Below are positions 39,513 through 52,359 of a DNA stretch of 64,000 nucleotides, one piece after another (the stretch's first letter is position 1; each line of letters opens with the position of its first letter). Below the pieces are notes generated by a model. It was given only the letters and a program-made list of their open reading frames with translations, made no database searches and was not told the origin of the DNA. The position numbers were made by a program, and so were the translations under genes. This DNA is from Octopus vulgaris. Lineage: Eukaryota. Where the stretch lies: the NCBI GenBank assembly GCA_951406725.2, contig OX597816.1, forward strand, positions 39,556,001-39,620,000, in the 5' to 3' direction.

Positions 39513-39784
39513 ACACATACGCACACACACGCACTCACACATATACACGGACACACATATTTACATATATGCATACACAAATGTATGCGTATATACAAGA
39601 GGAGAGGTAGGTATATATATATATATATATATATATGCACATATGCATATACAAATGCATAAATTACAGAAATAAGAATGCGTATAATTTTTAACTTACC
39701 CTCGTACATATATATGTATATATATATATTAACAAGGAGAGTGGAAATTGATATATATATATATATATTTGAAATATATATATA

Positions 39785-40001
39785 CTCTTTTACTCTTTTA
39801 CTCTTTTACTTGTTTCAGTCATTTGACTGTGACCATGCTGGAGCACCGCCTTTAGTCGAGCAAATCGACCCCGGGACTTATTCTTTGTAAGCCCAGTACT
39901 TATTCTATTGGTCTCTTTTGCCGAACCGCTAATTGACGGCGACGTAAACACACCAGCATCGGTTGTCAAGCAATGCTAGGGGGACAAACACAGACACAAA
40001 A

Positions 40002-40066
<65 letters not shown>

Positions 40067-40236
40067 CATATACGACAGGCTTCTTTCAGTTTCCGTCTAC
40101 CAAATCCACTCACAAGGCATTGGTCGGCCCGGGGCTATAGCAGAAGACACTTGCCCAAGATGCCACGCAGTGGGACTGAACCCGCAACTATGTGGTTGGT
40201 TAGCAAGCTACATACCACACAGCCACTCCTGCGCCT
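39785..40236 (-). mobile_element. SINE family A
   Basis: Matches the family A consensus. Confidence 0.9.
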
Positions 40237-40340
40237 ATATGTATATATATTTGTATATACACACATGCATACATAAATGCATACATACATACATATATAT
40301 ATATATATAGGGAGAGAGTGAAAGAGAGAGAGGGGGAGAA

Positions 40341-40430
<90 letters not shown>

Positions 40431-40852
40431 GTGTGAATGTGAAAGTGTGTGCGAATACGCAAGCGCGTATGCCGGATAATCTGTGAGAATTATTGCTGGA
40501 AGTTGTATTATCTTAATAAATATTTCATAAAGCAATTAAGACGTTTTCGCACGTTGGGAATCTTCTCACAAACATATGTATTTTGTTTATCAATTAGCTG
40601 AAAATTCTAGTGCTTCCGCTTGGAAAATATCACACAGACGACTAGGAGTGATCAGCCAATGTTTGTTTATAGTCCGCAAAAGCACAGCAAAATGTAAGAC
40701 AAAAGTTGTGCACGTGTGAGGGCTAATGTGCTCGGGTGGTTAAAAATGGGTTCAGTTCTAGTTTGTGTATTTTGGGTGTGTTTCTTCCATCATAATCTCA
40801 ACGAGTGAAACTTAGGAGACAGAAACGAAACTAGGTGAAAAAGCAATCTTTT

Positions 40853-40905
<53 letters not shown>

Positions 40906-41067
40906 ACGTATGTATGTATGTATGTATGTATGTATGTATGTATGTATGTATGTATGTATGCATGCATGTATGTATGTCTTACACCGTGGGATACTCTCAA
41001 CACCTAACCGATTGTATCGCATCATGAAGCATTGCCCGTCAGCTTTGTATATACATACATACATACA

Positions 41068-41139
<72 letters not shown>

Positions 41140-41691
41140 TTGTGTGTACACATGTTTTTATGTGGCTCAAGAAGTACAAACTCTACCCTCTATTCTTTCC
41201 AACGACTCCGTGAGCGCTATATTATTTGTATAACGTGGGAAATATTCCATCAACATTGCCCTAATGATGTTGCATCAGCTTTAAAATTCACCCTACGCTT
41301 GGTCTCCGCCCCATCCGCCCTCTACAAAAATCATGTTCGTGTTACATTACAAGACTTAATAGACAGAACTGTTTCATCTCGCCTGGCCCTACTCCCCTTA
41401 ACATCACGTCCGAACATCATATCAAGAAAAAGACCTCATAACATTCAAACGGTTACTAGACGAATCCATCCAGCAAATTCAGGATAAAACACCTACACCC
41501 GGATATATCTCCGTAAATCATAACTCTTTACTCGAATGGGCCATGACACCCAAAGTATGATCGTAGCATGAAACGTAATAAAATGGTTTTTTTTTCCAGT
41601 TGGAGCAGTTAGGTTAGTCATGGCCTAGGCTAGTTCTAGCCAACACCTATCTAAGTATTTAAGTATCTAATTATACATATATAATATGTAT

Positions 41692-42122
41692 ACGTTCTGA
41701 GTTCAAATTCCGCCGAGGTCGACTTTGCCTTTCATCCTTTCGGGGTCGATAATTGAGTACCAGTTACGCACTGGGGTCGATGCAATCGACTTGATTCGTT
41801 TGTCTGTCCTTGTTTGTCCCCTCTGTGTTTAGACCCTTGTGGGTAGTAAAGAAATATATATAATATTCAGAGGGCTCAAAGCAAACATTCCAGGAATGGT
41901 ACCAAATATTGGTTTAAAATTTTGGCACAAGGCCAGCAACGTCGGGAAGGGGTTAAGTTGATTACATCGACCGCAGTGTTCAACTGGTACTTACTTTATC
42001 GACGCTGAAAGGATGAAAGGTAAAATCGTCCTTGGTGGAATTTGAATTTAGAATGTAAAGACGGACGAAATGCTGCTAAACATTTTGCCCGGCGTGCTAA
42101 CGATTCTGCCAGCTCGTCGCCC
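41692..42122. mobile_element. Two family B SINEs in opposite orientation
   Basis: B core at 41692-41855 (+) and 41910-42122 (-). Confidence 0.8.
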
Positions 42123-42312
42123 TGTTGGTACCAAATATTAAACACACTCATTGCTGCTCACATTGAGGATCATTGGCAGCAAGAAACATGCCAGGAAAAT
42201 TGTACGAAGACCACATTGGAGAAGGCAATGAAAGTAGATAATGTTATACAAATTCATCTTTTAAACTATTGTATTTTTAGTGATTTTTTTGTGAGGATAT
42301 ATACAGGGTCTA

Positions 42313-42870
42313 TGTTGTGGAGAGAGTACGACACCCTCTGATGAGAATAGACGGGACCATTACATATAAACAGTAGCGGTCTGACGTAGTTAGTAGTTCG
42401 TAGTTTGGTCTTCGAAGTCCTAGTATCGTTTACAGTTCGAGTTAGTGTGTTGGAAATATTGATTGTGGGTTCGTAAAAGATTGTTGGTTCGTTGAGTGTT
42501 AGTCACTGCCATTGTTATATCTTGTATTGTTATAACGCTGCTACAGTGTATTCTTTTTCTATCATCGACAATAACAATTGTACTACGATATTGGAGGCGT
42601 AAGGATATAACATCTGGCGGAAGGATATAACGAGGCGACGATAGGTTATTTGATAATTTGTGCGTCATAAAAGTTGTTAATTTATGGAGAACCTATTAGC
42701 TTCAGTAACACAACTTCAAGAAAAGCAACAGGAACGACTACAGAAGTTGCAGAAGCAAATATTACAGCAACAACAACAACAGCAGTCAACTGAGTTACAG
42801 TCAAGGAAGTCCGAAAGTTCAGTTACGTCAGAAGGCGCGGCAAACTCGATTTCTGAATTCACTTAGGTTC
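42313..42870 (+). mobile_element. Possible Gypsy-like LTR, PBS and gag start remnant
   Basis: TG...CA segment 42313-42612, then TGGCG (PBS-like), then the Q-rich ORF 42684-42866. Confidence 0.4.
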
Positions 42871-43350
42871 TCCATAAATTAACAACTGGAGCTGTTACAG
42901 AAATACAATGTTGATTTTCTGGTTGGATCAAAGTTAAAAGGTACAAATGAAGCTGCTCAGAGGTGTGACCGAGGAACTTCATTGGATTTTTCATTTTCAT
43001 TTTCATCTCATCTTGTTTACATACGTTTTTTGCATTTTTCTTTTTTCTTTGTTTTGTAAGTGCCAGTTATCGACTTAATCCCTTTGTCTGTCCTTGTTTG
43101 TCCCCTCTGTGTTTATCCCTCTGTGAGCAATAAAGAAATAAATATAATAAAAGAATAGGATTTACTTACTGAGACCTTGACTGCAATAGAACAAACATTA
43201 AGGAATAAAACTTAATTAGATACGTCATAGAGAGTTTTACTCATATTTGCCGTCATACGTATTTCTAGAGAGTTGTCTAGCGGGTTGAATAACGAAACGG
43301 GTTAAGGATATTTACTTTATCGTAGTTTCTCTGGGCGATTTGATTTTCAG

Positions 43351-43424
43351 TGGTTCATTTCCTGATTGTCAAACGGACGGATTTAAAACTATTTATAGTC
43401 AGCATACTGAGATATTTTGAAAAG
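43351..43424 (+). other. Candidate small exon
   Basis: TTGATTTTCAG acceptor and AAG|GTAAGT donor in non-repeat DNA. One frame is open. No homology recognised. Confidence 0.2.
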
Positions 43425-44003
43425 GTAAGTAAATAATATTTATTTGGTTGGTTAAATGTTTCATAACAGAATTTAGAACAAAAGAAAGAAATAGATTATA
43501 TTTTCGCTATATTTTCACATGCGAGAATTAATTTTAGACTCACTCCTGTCTGTGTTTGTCATTAGATATTGGCCTTTAAAGTTTCAAATGCAGTATTAAC
43601 CAAAGTCACGCGGGTTCTTTTTTCTTTTTTACCTTTCCACAAAAGTGGAACTTACACACACACACACACACACACACATGCCTTTATATATATGTGTGTG
43701 TATACATACATGTACTGTATCCATGTGTGTATACATATATATGTATATATATGTATACACACAACACATACATACATTATGTATGTATGTATGTATGTAT
43801 GTATGTATGTATGTATGTATATATTTAATTATTGTTAAATTTAGATCCCATGGAAAAATCACGTAAACCAGGACTCCCCAGCAACCAGCGAGCAGGTCAG
43901 TTCCGGGCCGCAGAGAGATAATAAATTTTAGAATTTAATTTCTGTTTTATTGACTAACGCACTGTGCAGGGTGTTTTTGCATTACACACACGCACACACA
44001 CAC

Positions 44004-44073
<70 letters not shown>

Positions 44074-44139
44074 GATTATGTACGTATGTATGGAATACAT
44101 TTTTGTTGATCTTACCACCACAGAACAGTACATTATCTA

Positions 44140-44465
44140 TCTATCCATATATATATAAAGATGAGAATATCTGCCTGTATGTCTGTCTGTGTGAATCCCT
44201 AAAACTTGTGAACTACACAACCAATTTCATTCAAATTTTACACATGCATTACTTAGGGTCTATGTAGTGTCATAGGCCAAAAATGTTTTTAACTTCTTGC
44301 CTAGTGCGAGACCAAAGCAATATCATATCTTCTCCACTATTTCAGTATTACGTTTCAAAAGTGAAACAATAACATCTCTCTATTGTTATTGTTATGTCAG
44401 ATATTTTCACTTTAATAGTTTCACTTTGATGCTGAAACTATTAAAGTGAAACTATTATCTCACAT
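44140..44465 (+). mobile_element. Helitron-like 5' portion
   Basis: TC..TATATAAAG..TGTCTGTCTG start, resembling 36127. Confidence 0.4.
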
Positions 44466-44619
44466 ATATACAGGCATACATACAGTAATCTCTTTTAGAG
44501 AGACTTAGTAATTTTAATATTTCTATTATTGAAAACAAGTGAATGTATTCCACCGAAACCAGGTAAATAGATTCTTCGAACAGGGACAGTCAGTAGAGAC
44601 ACCTGCTGGGTCTGACTAC

Positions 44620-44662
44620 GCTGCATTGATAAAGGGCAACTACTCTGAAACGCGTCTGCAGC
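44620..44662 (+). ncRNA. Type I HHR, U3-A8 core variant
   Basis: GCTGCA-TTGATAA-AGGG-CAACTA-CTCT-GAAAC-GC-GTC-TGCAGC. Outer helix CCTGCT/AGCAGG. The element runs to (TA)n at about 44832. Confidence 0.8.
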
Positions 44663-44875
44663 TGTCTGACTAGCAGGATGAAGCGGCTGACCTCCCCTGG
44701 TCGAAAGTCTATAATGGACGCAGATTGTGTGTCAAATAGCTAGCTTGAGACGGTGGCCTCTTGGAGCTAATCATCGACAACTTTAGTCTTATATCTATAA
44801 GATTGCCATATTAGTATGGCGATAACTATTAATATATATATATGTATATATGTATATATTATATTAAATTAGAGA

Positions 44876-44937
<62 letters not shown>

Positions 44938-45009
44938 GTTTATATATAGATATAGATGTATATGCATACATCTATATGTGTTGATGTATATATATATATA
45001 GATGGGTTA

Positions 45010-45240
45010 GACGGCGAGCTGGCAGAAACGTTAGCGCGCCGGGCGAAATGCGTAGCCGTATTTCGTCTGCCGTTACGTTCTGAGTTCAAATTCTGCCGAG
45101 GTTGACTTTGCCTTTCATCCTTTCGGGGTCGATAAATTAAGTACCAGTTACGCACTGGGGTCGATATAATCGACTTAATCCGTTTGTCTGTCCTTGTTTG
45201 TCCCCTCTATGTTTAGCCCCTTGTGGGCAATAAAGAAATA
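45010..45240 (+). mobile_element. SINE family B, full length
   Basis: Head GGCGAGCTGGCAGAAACGTTAG, B-box GAGTTCAAATTC. Central GCCTTTCATCCTTTCGGGGTCGATAAA resembles the Meta/MESC-type SINE domain (from recall, unverified). Confidence 0.88.
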
Positions 45241-45357
45241 TATATATAGATGTACATGTAATATGTACACATATATATACACATATATACATGCATACAT
45301 ATATACACCCATACTCACACACACATATATACATGTATGTATATGTGCATATTCATA

Positions 45358-47405
45358 TCTATTATATAAAAGTCAATGTCTTTATGTGTGTTCGTGTGTT
45401 ACATATACATTCGAAAACTACTGCACCGATGCTAATGAAACTTGGAACACAAAATCCAAGCCTAGGGAGAAGGGTAATGCTATGTGTTTCATACAATTTC
45501 ATGGACCAAAATTACTGAATGGATCCTTTTGATATTTGGAACTTAGTTTGAATGCATAAGGGCGGGTGTAATGCAATATGTTTGGTTTGAAATTAAGATG
45601 GTTAAAGGGGGCAGAACCCCCATGAAAATTCATAAATTTTCGATGTTGCTGAAATTTCAACCATGGGTAATTGACACACATCAACAAGTATTCTCAAAGT
45701 TTCCACTTCTCATGAGGATTCTAAAACCCCCTAATAGGGGCCTTAACTCCCAAATTTTAGTCATCTTTTAATGATCCAAAACTCAGTCAAAAGTACTGAA
45801 TGGATCTTTATGAAATTTGGAAATTATATTCTATGCATAAGAGTCATAACCCCCACGCAAATTCATATATTTTGGCTGTTGATGAAATTTTAACCATAGA
45901 TATTAGACACAAATGAAGTAATATTTATAAAATTTCATCTTCTTAGAAATTAGGAAGACCCCTTCATGGGGACTTAACACCCACAATTTAGTCATTTTTA
46001 TCAAATCAAAGACGGATACAGTTGTACTGTTTGAAGCTGTAGGGTCATCTGAGCTTAAAAGATGAGCATTATTTGTAATTCAATGGTACAACAGTGTAAG
46101 AGTTTGCTTTCAGATATACTTAAATTGTGATTTCTGCAATGTGCTGCATAAATTGTCAAGTAAATGAGAGGCATCTTTGCCTCCACTGATTCTGTTGCAA
46201 AGTGTTCAGTAAAGTTATTTGGTTGCAGACCTCCTTTCAGTCTTTTTATTATCACTGGGTCACACATAGTCCCCAGATGGTAACATTGATTTCCCAGATG
46301 AGTGACTGGTTATTCAAAGACATTTATAGATTGTAAATTTATTCTGTCCAGTTACCTATCGGTATAGTGGTCATTTGCAAACTATTTCATTTCTCCTTAG
46401 CCCTCACGTCACACAGTTGTTAATGTTTATTTCAGTTGGGTCACGCTCTTCCAATAGCTATAGATCCGTAATGCATCTTACGGCTGTGCCTGTCACCTGT
46501 ATGATGAAGAATCCTACATTGGGAGTGGTAACAACCAGGGTAGGGTAACTGACTGCTTATTGTGATCATTCGTCTATTGGTTTCCTGTAGCTTTGCTCTC
46601 TTTTACAAACCCAGTGAACATACATATATTTTCTACTAGCAGTATCGCCCGGCGTTGCTCAGGTTTGTAAGGGAAATAACTATAAAGCAGTTTTAGAGAG
46701 TTATAGCAAAAAAATAGCAAAAAAATGGAAAAAAATGATGGTAAATATTTTTTTTAGTTAAAAAAGGTGGAGTTGCGTCCCCTAGACAGTTTGCGGTTTG
46801 TGTTTCTGATTCTCGACCCCATGTCGAATTTATCGATTTTTTCAGAACTGGGGGAACTTTTCAAAATTTTCCCTGCGTTAGTTTTGAATTATGACATTGG
46901 GCTATGTGTGTGTCAAGTTTCATCAGAATCGGTTGAAAGCCGTGGTCAGGGTGAGGGTACAAGCAAACAGACACACAGAAACACGCACAGACAAACTGCC
47001 GTTTATATAGAGAGAGATTTCAAAGACATTTAAATAATACATATAAAACCCAAGTTAAAAAGATTCTCAACAATTCAACTTCTCTGGTTGACATTAAGAC
47101 ACCTACCCCCAATAGGGGCATTAACTACCACATTTTAGAGCTCCATGACCTCCATTTTTCAGGAGCAAAATCCTTTTAACAGGTTCCATAAGACTGGAAT
47201 TTTGGAATCTGCGCATAAAGATCAGTAGTATGGGATACATGTGTCATGATTAGAATTTTCTAGGGTGTGTAAAGAGGGAAAGAAGCCTCATCTGCAATTT
47301 TGATGAAATTCGAATCAAGTATTCCAGTTCATTTGAGAAAATATAACAGAAAAGTCTAATTCTTCAATTGCATGTAATACGGGCAACGCCGGGTATCTCT
47401 GCAAG
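45358..47405 (+). mobile_element. Helitron-like element containing a nested Helitron
   Basis: TC start, internal subrepeats, 3' CGGGCAACGCCGGG..CAAG|T (degenerate CTAG). Confidence 0.55.
46636..47017 (-). mobile_element. Non-autonomous Helitron, nested
   Basis: 3' end matches 36580-36639. TC start on the minus strand. Confidence 0.8.
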
Positions 47406-47416
47406 TATATATATAT

Positions 47417-47635
47417 CTTTTACTCTCTTTTACTTGTTTCAGTCATTTGACTGCGGCCATGCTGGAGCACCGCCTTTAATCGAGCAACTCGCCCCCGGGA
47501 CTTATTCTTTTGTAAGCCCAGTACTTATTCTATCGGTCTCTTTTGCCGAACCGCTAAGTAACGGGGACATAAACACACCAGCATCGGTTGTCAAGAAATG
47601 TTAGGAGGACAAACACAGACACACAAACACACACA

Positions 47636-47699
<64 letters not shown>

Positions 47700-47864
47700 T
47701 ACGACGGGCTTCTTTCAGTTTCCGTCTACCAAATCCACTCACAATGCTTTGGTCGGCCCGAGGCTATAGTAGAAGACACTTGCCCAAGGTACCACGCAGT
47801 GGGACTGAACCCGGAACCATGTGGTTGGTAAACAAGCTACTTACCACACAGCAACTCCTGCGCC

Positions 47865-47865
<1 letters not shown>
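47417..47865 (-). mobile_element. SINE family A
   Basis: Matches the family A consensus. Confidence 0.9.
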
Positions 47866-47896
<31 letters not shown>

Positions 47897-47984
47897 GAAA
47901 TGAGGTAATCAGAAGATCGGATGGTTTATATTTACAGATATTTATTTATATATTACATTTTTTACATATATATCATATCACTTA

Positions 47985-48030
47985 GATCATTAGCGCTTTC
48001 TCCCATTCTAGTGGGGTTTTCAAATCAAAT
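47985..48030 (-). ncRNA. HHR motif, U3-A8 variant, weak stem I
   Basis: Minus strand TTGAAAA-C-CCCA-CTAGAA-TGGG-A-GAAAG-CG-CTA, in an island of about 140 bp between (TA)n tracts. Confidence 0.55.
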
Positions 48031-48055
48031 ATTATATATATATATATATATATAT

Positions 48056-48851
48056 AAATGAAAAGAAAATAGAGATTTACGATTGCAATTTATATTGCAA
48101 TTTATATTGCAATATTGCATATTGCAATTTATTAACATAATATTACATTATTGCTATAATATAATATGATATAATATAAATATTAAATATTAAATATTAA
48201 ATATTAAATATAATCCTACTATTGTTTCAATTCAGACGCAATGATAAATTTATAAACATTCATGTTTATGGGTAAGAATCTCATTAGGGAAATATTTTAA
48301 CAAAAATTACATATGAGGATGTTTAGATCCTAGAAGAGACTGAATTAAATATGGAATTTTTTTGAATAAATTGTTTGAATAACATGTATTTTTCCTAATA
48401 ATGGAAGAATAAAGGAGATGTTTCCTATTTCACCATAGATTCTTAGCATATTATTTCTGTTTTTTTTTAAAACTAATGCGCAAAAATATATTTAGATTAA
48501 TATTCTTAAAAGTACTCAAACATATTTTATGATCGTTATATTGGTTTTTATTTATTTATTTTAAAATTTATTTTAATTTTTTGTTTTCATTATATATTTT
48601 AAAAAATTATTGACGTCACACTTACAAGTAAGTATAAACATATTTAATTCAGACTGCTCTACGATCTAAACATCTTCATATTAGTTTTTGTCAAGTGTTT
48701 TCCTGATGAGATTCTTTCCCATAAACATGAATTTTTATAAATTTATTATTGTCTCTGAATCGAACCAATTGTAGGATTATACTTATATATTATATTATAT
48801 TATATTATATTATATTATATTATATTATATTATATTATATCATATTATATA

Positions 48852-48904
<53 letters not shown>

Positions 48905-49950
48905 GCTAAAAGCAGAGAGCGAAGGTTTCATCCTAGCTGCTCAAGATCAAAGCCTATTAACCCGGAACTACCAGGCCAATGTGATGAAAAATGGAGCAGA
49001 CCCAAAATGCCGATTCTGCAACGACATGATTGAAACAGTGGACCACCTAATCTCTGGATGTAAAGTCTTAGCACCAGTGGAGTATAAATTAAGACATGAC
49101 AGAGTTGGCCAATATCTCCACTGGCTAATAAGTCGGCATTACAATATCAAAACTGCCGACAAGTGGTATAATCACCACCCTGAGGCTGTAACTGAAGGAG
49201 AAAATGTAACCATTCTGTGGGACTTTCCAGTACATACAGACCGAACCATCAAGGCCAATAAACCAGATATTGTTGTGAAAGACCAAAACAATAAAGTTTG
49301 CTTATTGATCGACATGAGCATCCCCTGTGATCATAATATCTCAGCGAAAGAGTTTGACAAGCTCAGAAAATATAAAGACCTACTCATTGAAATTGAGAAA
49401 ATGTGGCATCTCAAGGCGGTTACAATACCAGTGATCGTAGGAGCACTAGGAATGATCAAGAAGGGAACCGAAAATTATATGAGAATGATCCCTGGCTTAC
49501 CATCCCTGCAAGAAGTGCAAAAGATTGTCTTAACTGGTACATCACACGTATTGAGAAGAGCATTGTCGATGTGAGAACTGTTGCTGCTCATGTATTTTAA
49601 TTTAACTATAAAAAGAAGAAAAAAAAAAAAATGAACGAACTACTGAGTTTGGTTTAATGGCCTACCAATGTATGCTATGAGTTTCTTTGCCCTAGGACTC
49701 GGGAAGACACTCGGCAAGAAATGGAAGCAAATTTGAAAGAAGAAAAAAAAAGTAATAATAATGATAATAATAATAATATAATATTATGTTAATGAATTAA
49801 AATATGTCAATCGTAAATCTCCATTTTCTTTTCGTTTTTGTATACTGAATTATGGAAAAGTTTTTCTTTGTTATACTGGGTATTAAACTGCCAAACCAGT
49901 GAAAAATTAGATGTTTCCATCCCTAAAAAGGAGACTATTTTCCTTGTTTG
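48056..49950. mobile_element. AT-rich fold-back element with a decayed HHR in each arm, interrupted by a LINE
   Basis: Arms 48212-48350 / 48642-48778 and 48056-48142 / 49780-49840. CTGATGA-GATTC...GAATC-GAACCAATTGTA at 48703-48773. Confidence 0.6.
48906..49574 (+). pseudogene. R4/Dong-like LINE C-terminus (CCHC finger and restriction-like endonuclease)
   Basis: AAQDQ...CRFC...ETVDHLISGC...RHD...KPDIV...ID...K..KY..L...PVIVGALG. 5'-truncated, (TAA)n at both ends, 3' UTR to about 49752. Confidence 0.9.
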
Positions 49951-49951
49951 G

Positions 49952-50111
49952 AAAAAACGAATTAGTCATTAGACTATATATTATTCACATAGATATACAA
50001 TAAGAGGCTTCCAAATAAGAAAGCCTTGTGCTAGAAAGAGCAGTAGAAAAACTCAAACCACCAAATAAGGATAAAATAAGGATATATATATATATATAAA
50101 ATATAAAATAA

Positions 50112-50156
<45 letters not shown>

Positions 50157-50737
50157 AACATAATAAATAGGGTAATAATAAATTATTATTACCAGTGGCC
50201 TAGCACAAAAAACGAATTAGTCATTAGACTATATATTATTCACATAGAAATACAATAAGAGACTTCCAAATAAGAAAGCCTTGTGCTAGAAAGAGCAGTA
50301 GAAAAACTCAAACCACCAAATAAGGATAAATTCTCGAAAGGAATGAAAATTAAAAACGTTTACCATCTCAACTATTTCCCAGACAATGGTTTCTAACTAT
50401 TTCCAGCAAAAAAATATTCGCTGAAGGTCAGTTTCATCAGTGGGACAGCCTTTAGATTTCAAATACACAGACAGCCAGATCCACATGTAAAACTAACTGC
50501 CTGTATATTCTAACTTTTCAAACCACTGCGCTGACGCAGATTATACCCGGCGACAGAGAGGATGCCGGTAAAAATTTCGAACAAATTTATCAAAGAATAT
50601 TTAAACATAATAAATAACAATAGGGTAATAATAAATTATTATTACCAGTGGCCTTACACAAAAAACGAATTAGTCATTAGACTATATATTATTCACATGG
50701 AAATACAATAAGAGGCTTTCCTATTTGGAAGCCTCTT

Positions 50738-50743
<6 letters not shown>
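49952..50743 (-). mobile_element. Retrozyme-like element, about 453-nt monomer with terminal redundancy, extra partial copy and terminal fold-back
   Basis: CGAATTAGTCATTAG at 49958, 50213 and 50666. Fold-back at 50703-50743 abuts (TA)n. Confidence 0.7.
50377..50445 (-). ncRNA. Type I HHR, canonical core
   Basis: Minus strand TCCCA-CTGATGA-AACT..CAGC..GCTG..AGTT-A-GAAAC-CATT-GTC-TGGGA. Confidence 0.8.
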
Positions 50744-50826
<83 letters not shown>

Positions 50827-50890
50827 GTATATTATATATATGTATATATAAAAAATATGTATATATACCTTAAATAATTGTATATATATA

Positions 50891-51017
50891 CAGGTGTCCC
50901 AAAAAATGTTACACACCTTAAATAATTGTAAATTTGTTATTCTTTGTAAGCCTAGAACTTATTCTATCGTTCTCTTTTGCCGAACCACTATGTGTATACA
51001 TTTTTTGGGACACCCTG
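50891..51017. mobile_element. Tiny Tc1/mariner MITE
   Basis: TA|CAGGTGTCCCAAAAAATGT ... ACATTTTTTGGGACACCCTG|TA. Confidence 0.75.
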
Positions 51018-51394
51018 TATATGTATGTGTGTGTGTGTGATCTTAAAATTAAAAAAAAAACCCACAAATCTTGTTATAATAGCTACCAAGAGTTTCCTAG
51101 TCGAAATAATTATTCAATCCACCATTATACCATTATTTATCAAACAGAAAACAAGAGCGTTTGTCAGTTGTCCTTTGAGCAGATAACATTTAAACAAGAG
51201 ACGCCGGTAAAGAAGAAAACAAGGAAAACACAAGGAAGATAACCAACGTTACAATAATTCAATGTCAAGCAGATGTAAACCAGATGTCAATCGTTTACTA
51301 TGTGCCCGGTGGTCTACTTTTAAGTTCCGCGAAGATGAATTTCCGGAAATATGGACATACAAAAAAAATCCCGTTCCTCGAATTTAGATATTTG

Positions 51395-51680
51395 TTGGAG
51401 GCTCTCCCTTGTTTATGGAGCAGAGGTTTCAGCAAACTACAACAATGGTCGTTCAGATATGAAATGTTATATTGGAGCCGTGGAAGGAAAATTTAAATCG
51501 AGGTATAACAACCATCTTTCGAATTTTAGGTACCGTGATAAGAAGTATTTAACAATCATTTCGGCTTCAATCTGGAAGGGACACATTTCGACATCGAATG
51601 GATAATCTTCTCTAAACCCAAGCCCTATATTAACGGGTTTAAAAAAATGCTTAGTGTGTCCCATTGAAAAACTGTATCTA
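51395..51680 (+). pseudogene. Penelope-like GIY-YIG endonuclease remnant
   Basis: LVYGAEV...YIGAVEGKFKSRYNNHLSNF...SASIWK, then frameshifted IEWII..KPKPY...C..C..EK. Confidence 0.75.
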
Positions 51681-51825
51681 TAAAAAAAAAACTTGTAATT
51701 TCCCTGGGTAGCTGAATTTACAAGATTTGTGGCTTTTAAATTTTATTTTAAGATTGTTTTTACTCTCTAAGCTGATCGACTGCATTTTTACTTGTTGAAT
51801 CATTACCACAATATATATATATCAA

Positions 51826-52125
51826 GTGATCACCGTGACCGATCAGGCTATCAAATGTTGCTACACATCGCAGGTCACAATGCGCCTCGCATTGTTTTAG
51901 CCTTCAAATGACGCCACCTCAATGGCTAAGCGAGCAGGCCAACAGATGAAAGAATGAGAGAAAGTTGTGACGAAAGAGTACAGCAGGGATCGCCACCATC
52001 CACTGCCGGAGCGTCGTGGAGCTTTAGGTGTTTTCGCTCAATAAACACTCACAACGCCCGGTCTGGGAATCGAAACCACGATCCTACGACCACGAGACCA
52101 CTGCCCTAACCACTGGGCCATTGCA
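51826..52125 (-). mobile_element. SINE family C, tail type iii
   Basis: Family C head and body. Tail matches 62047-62163 and ends at (TA)n. Confidence 0.85.
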
Positions 52126-52359
52126 TAACGAAGACATGACACGATGTAGGTAAAGACAATTGAGAAATTTGAAAAGTTAACACGAAACCGGTAGTTTCTC
52201 CCAAAACTATGTTACTATATGCAACATTTTATAACATTCTTCTAACATAACGACTTAAATATATTCTTTAACTTTATAAAACAAGCGTTCTGTACTTTTT
52301 CACTCTTTTCTATTTTCTATATATCCAACAACGTGCTTTCACACATCAACATTCTCACC

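Noticed and set aside
42338-42345. CTGATGA hammerhead core
   Set aside because: No downstream GAAA with stems II and III, and no stem I pairing.
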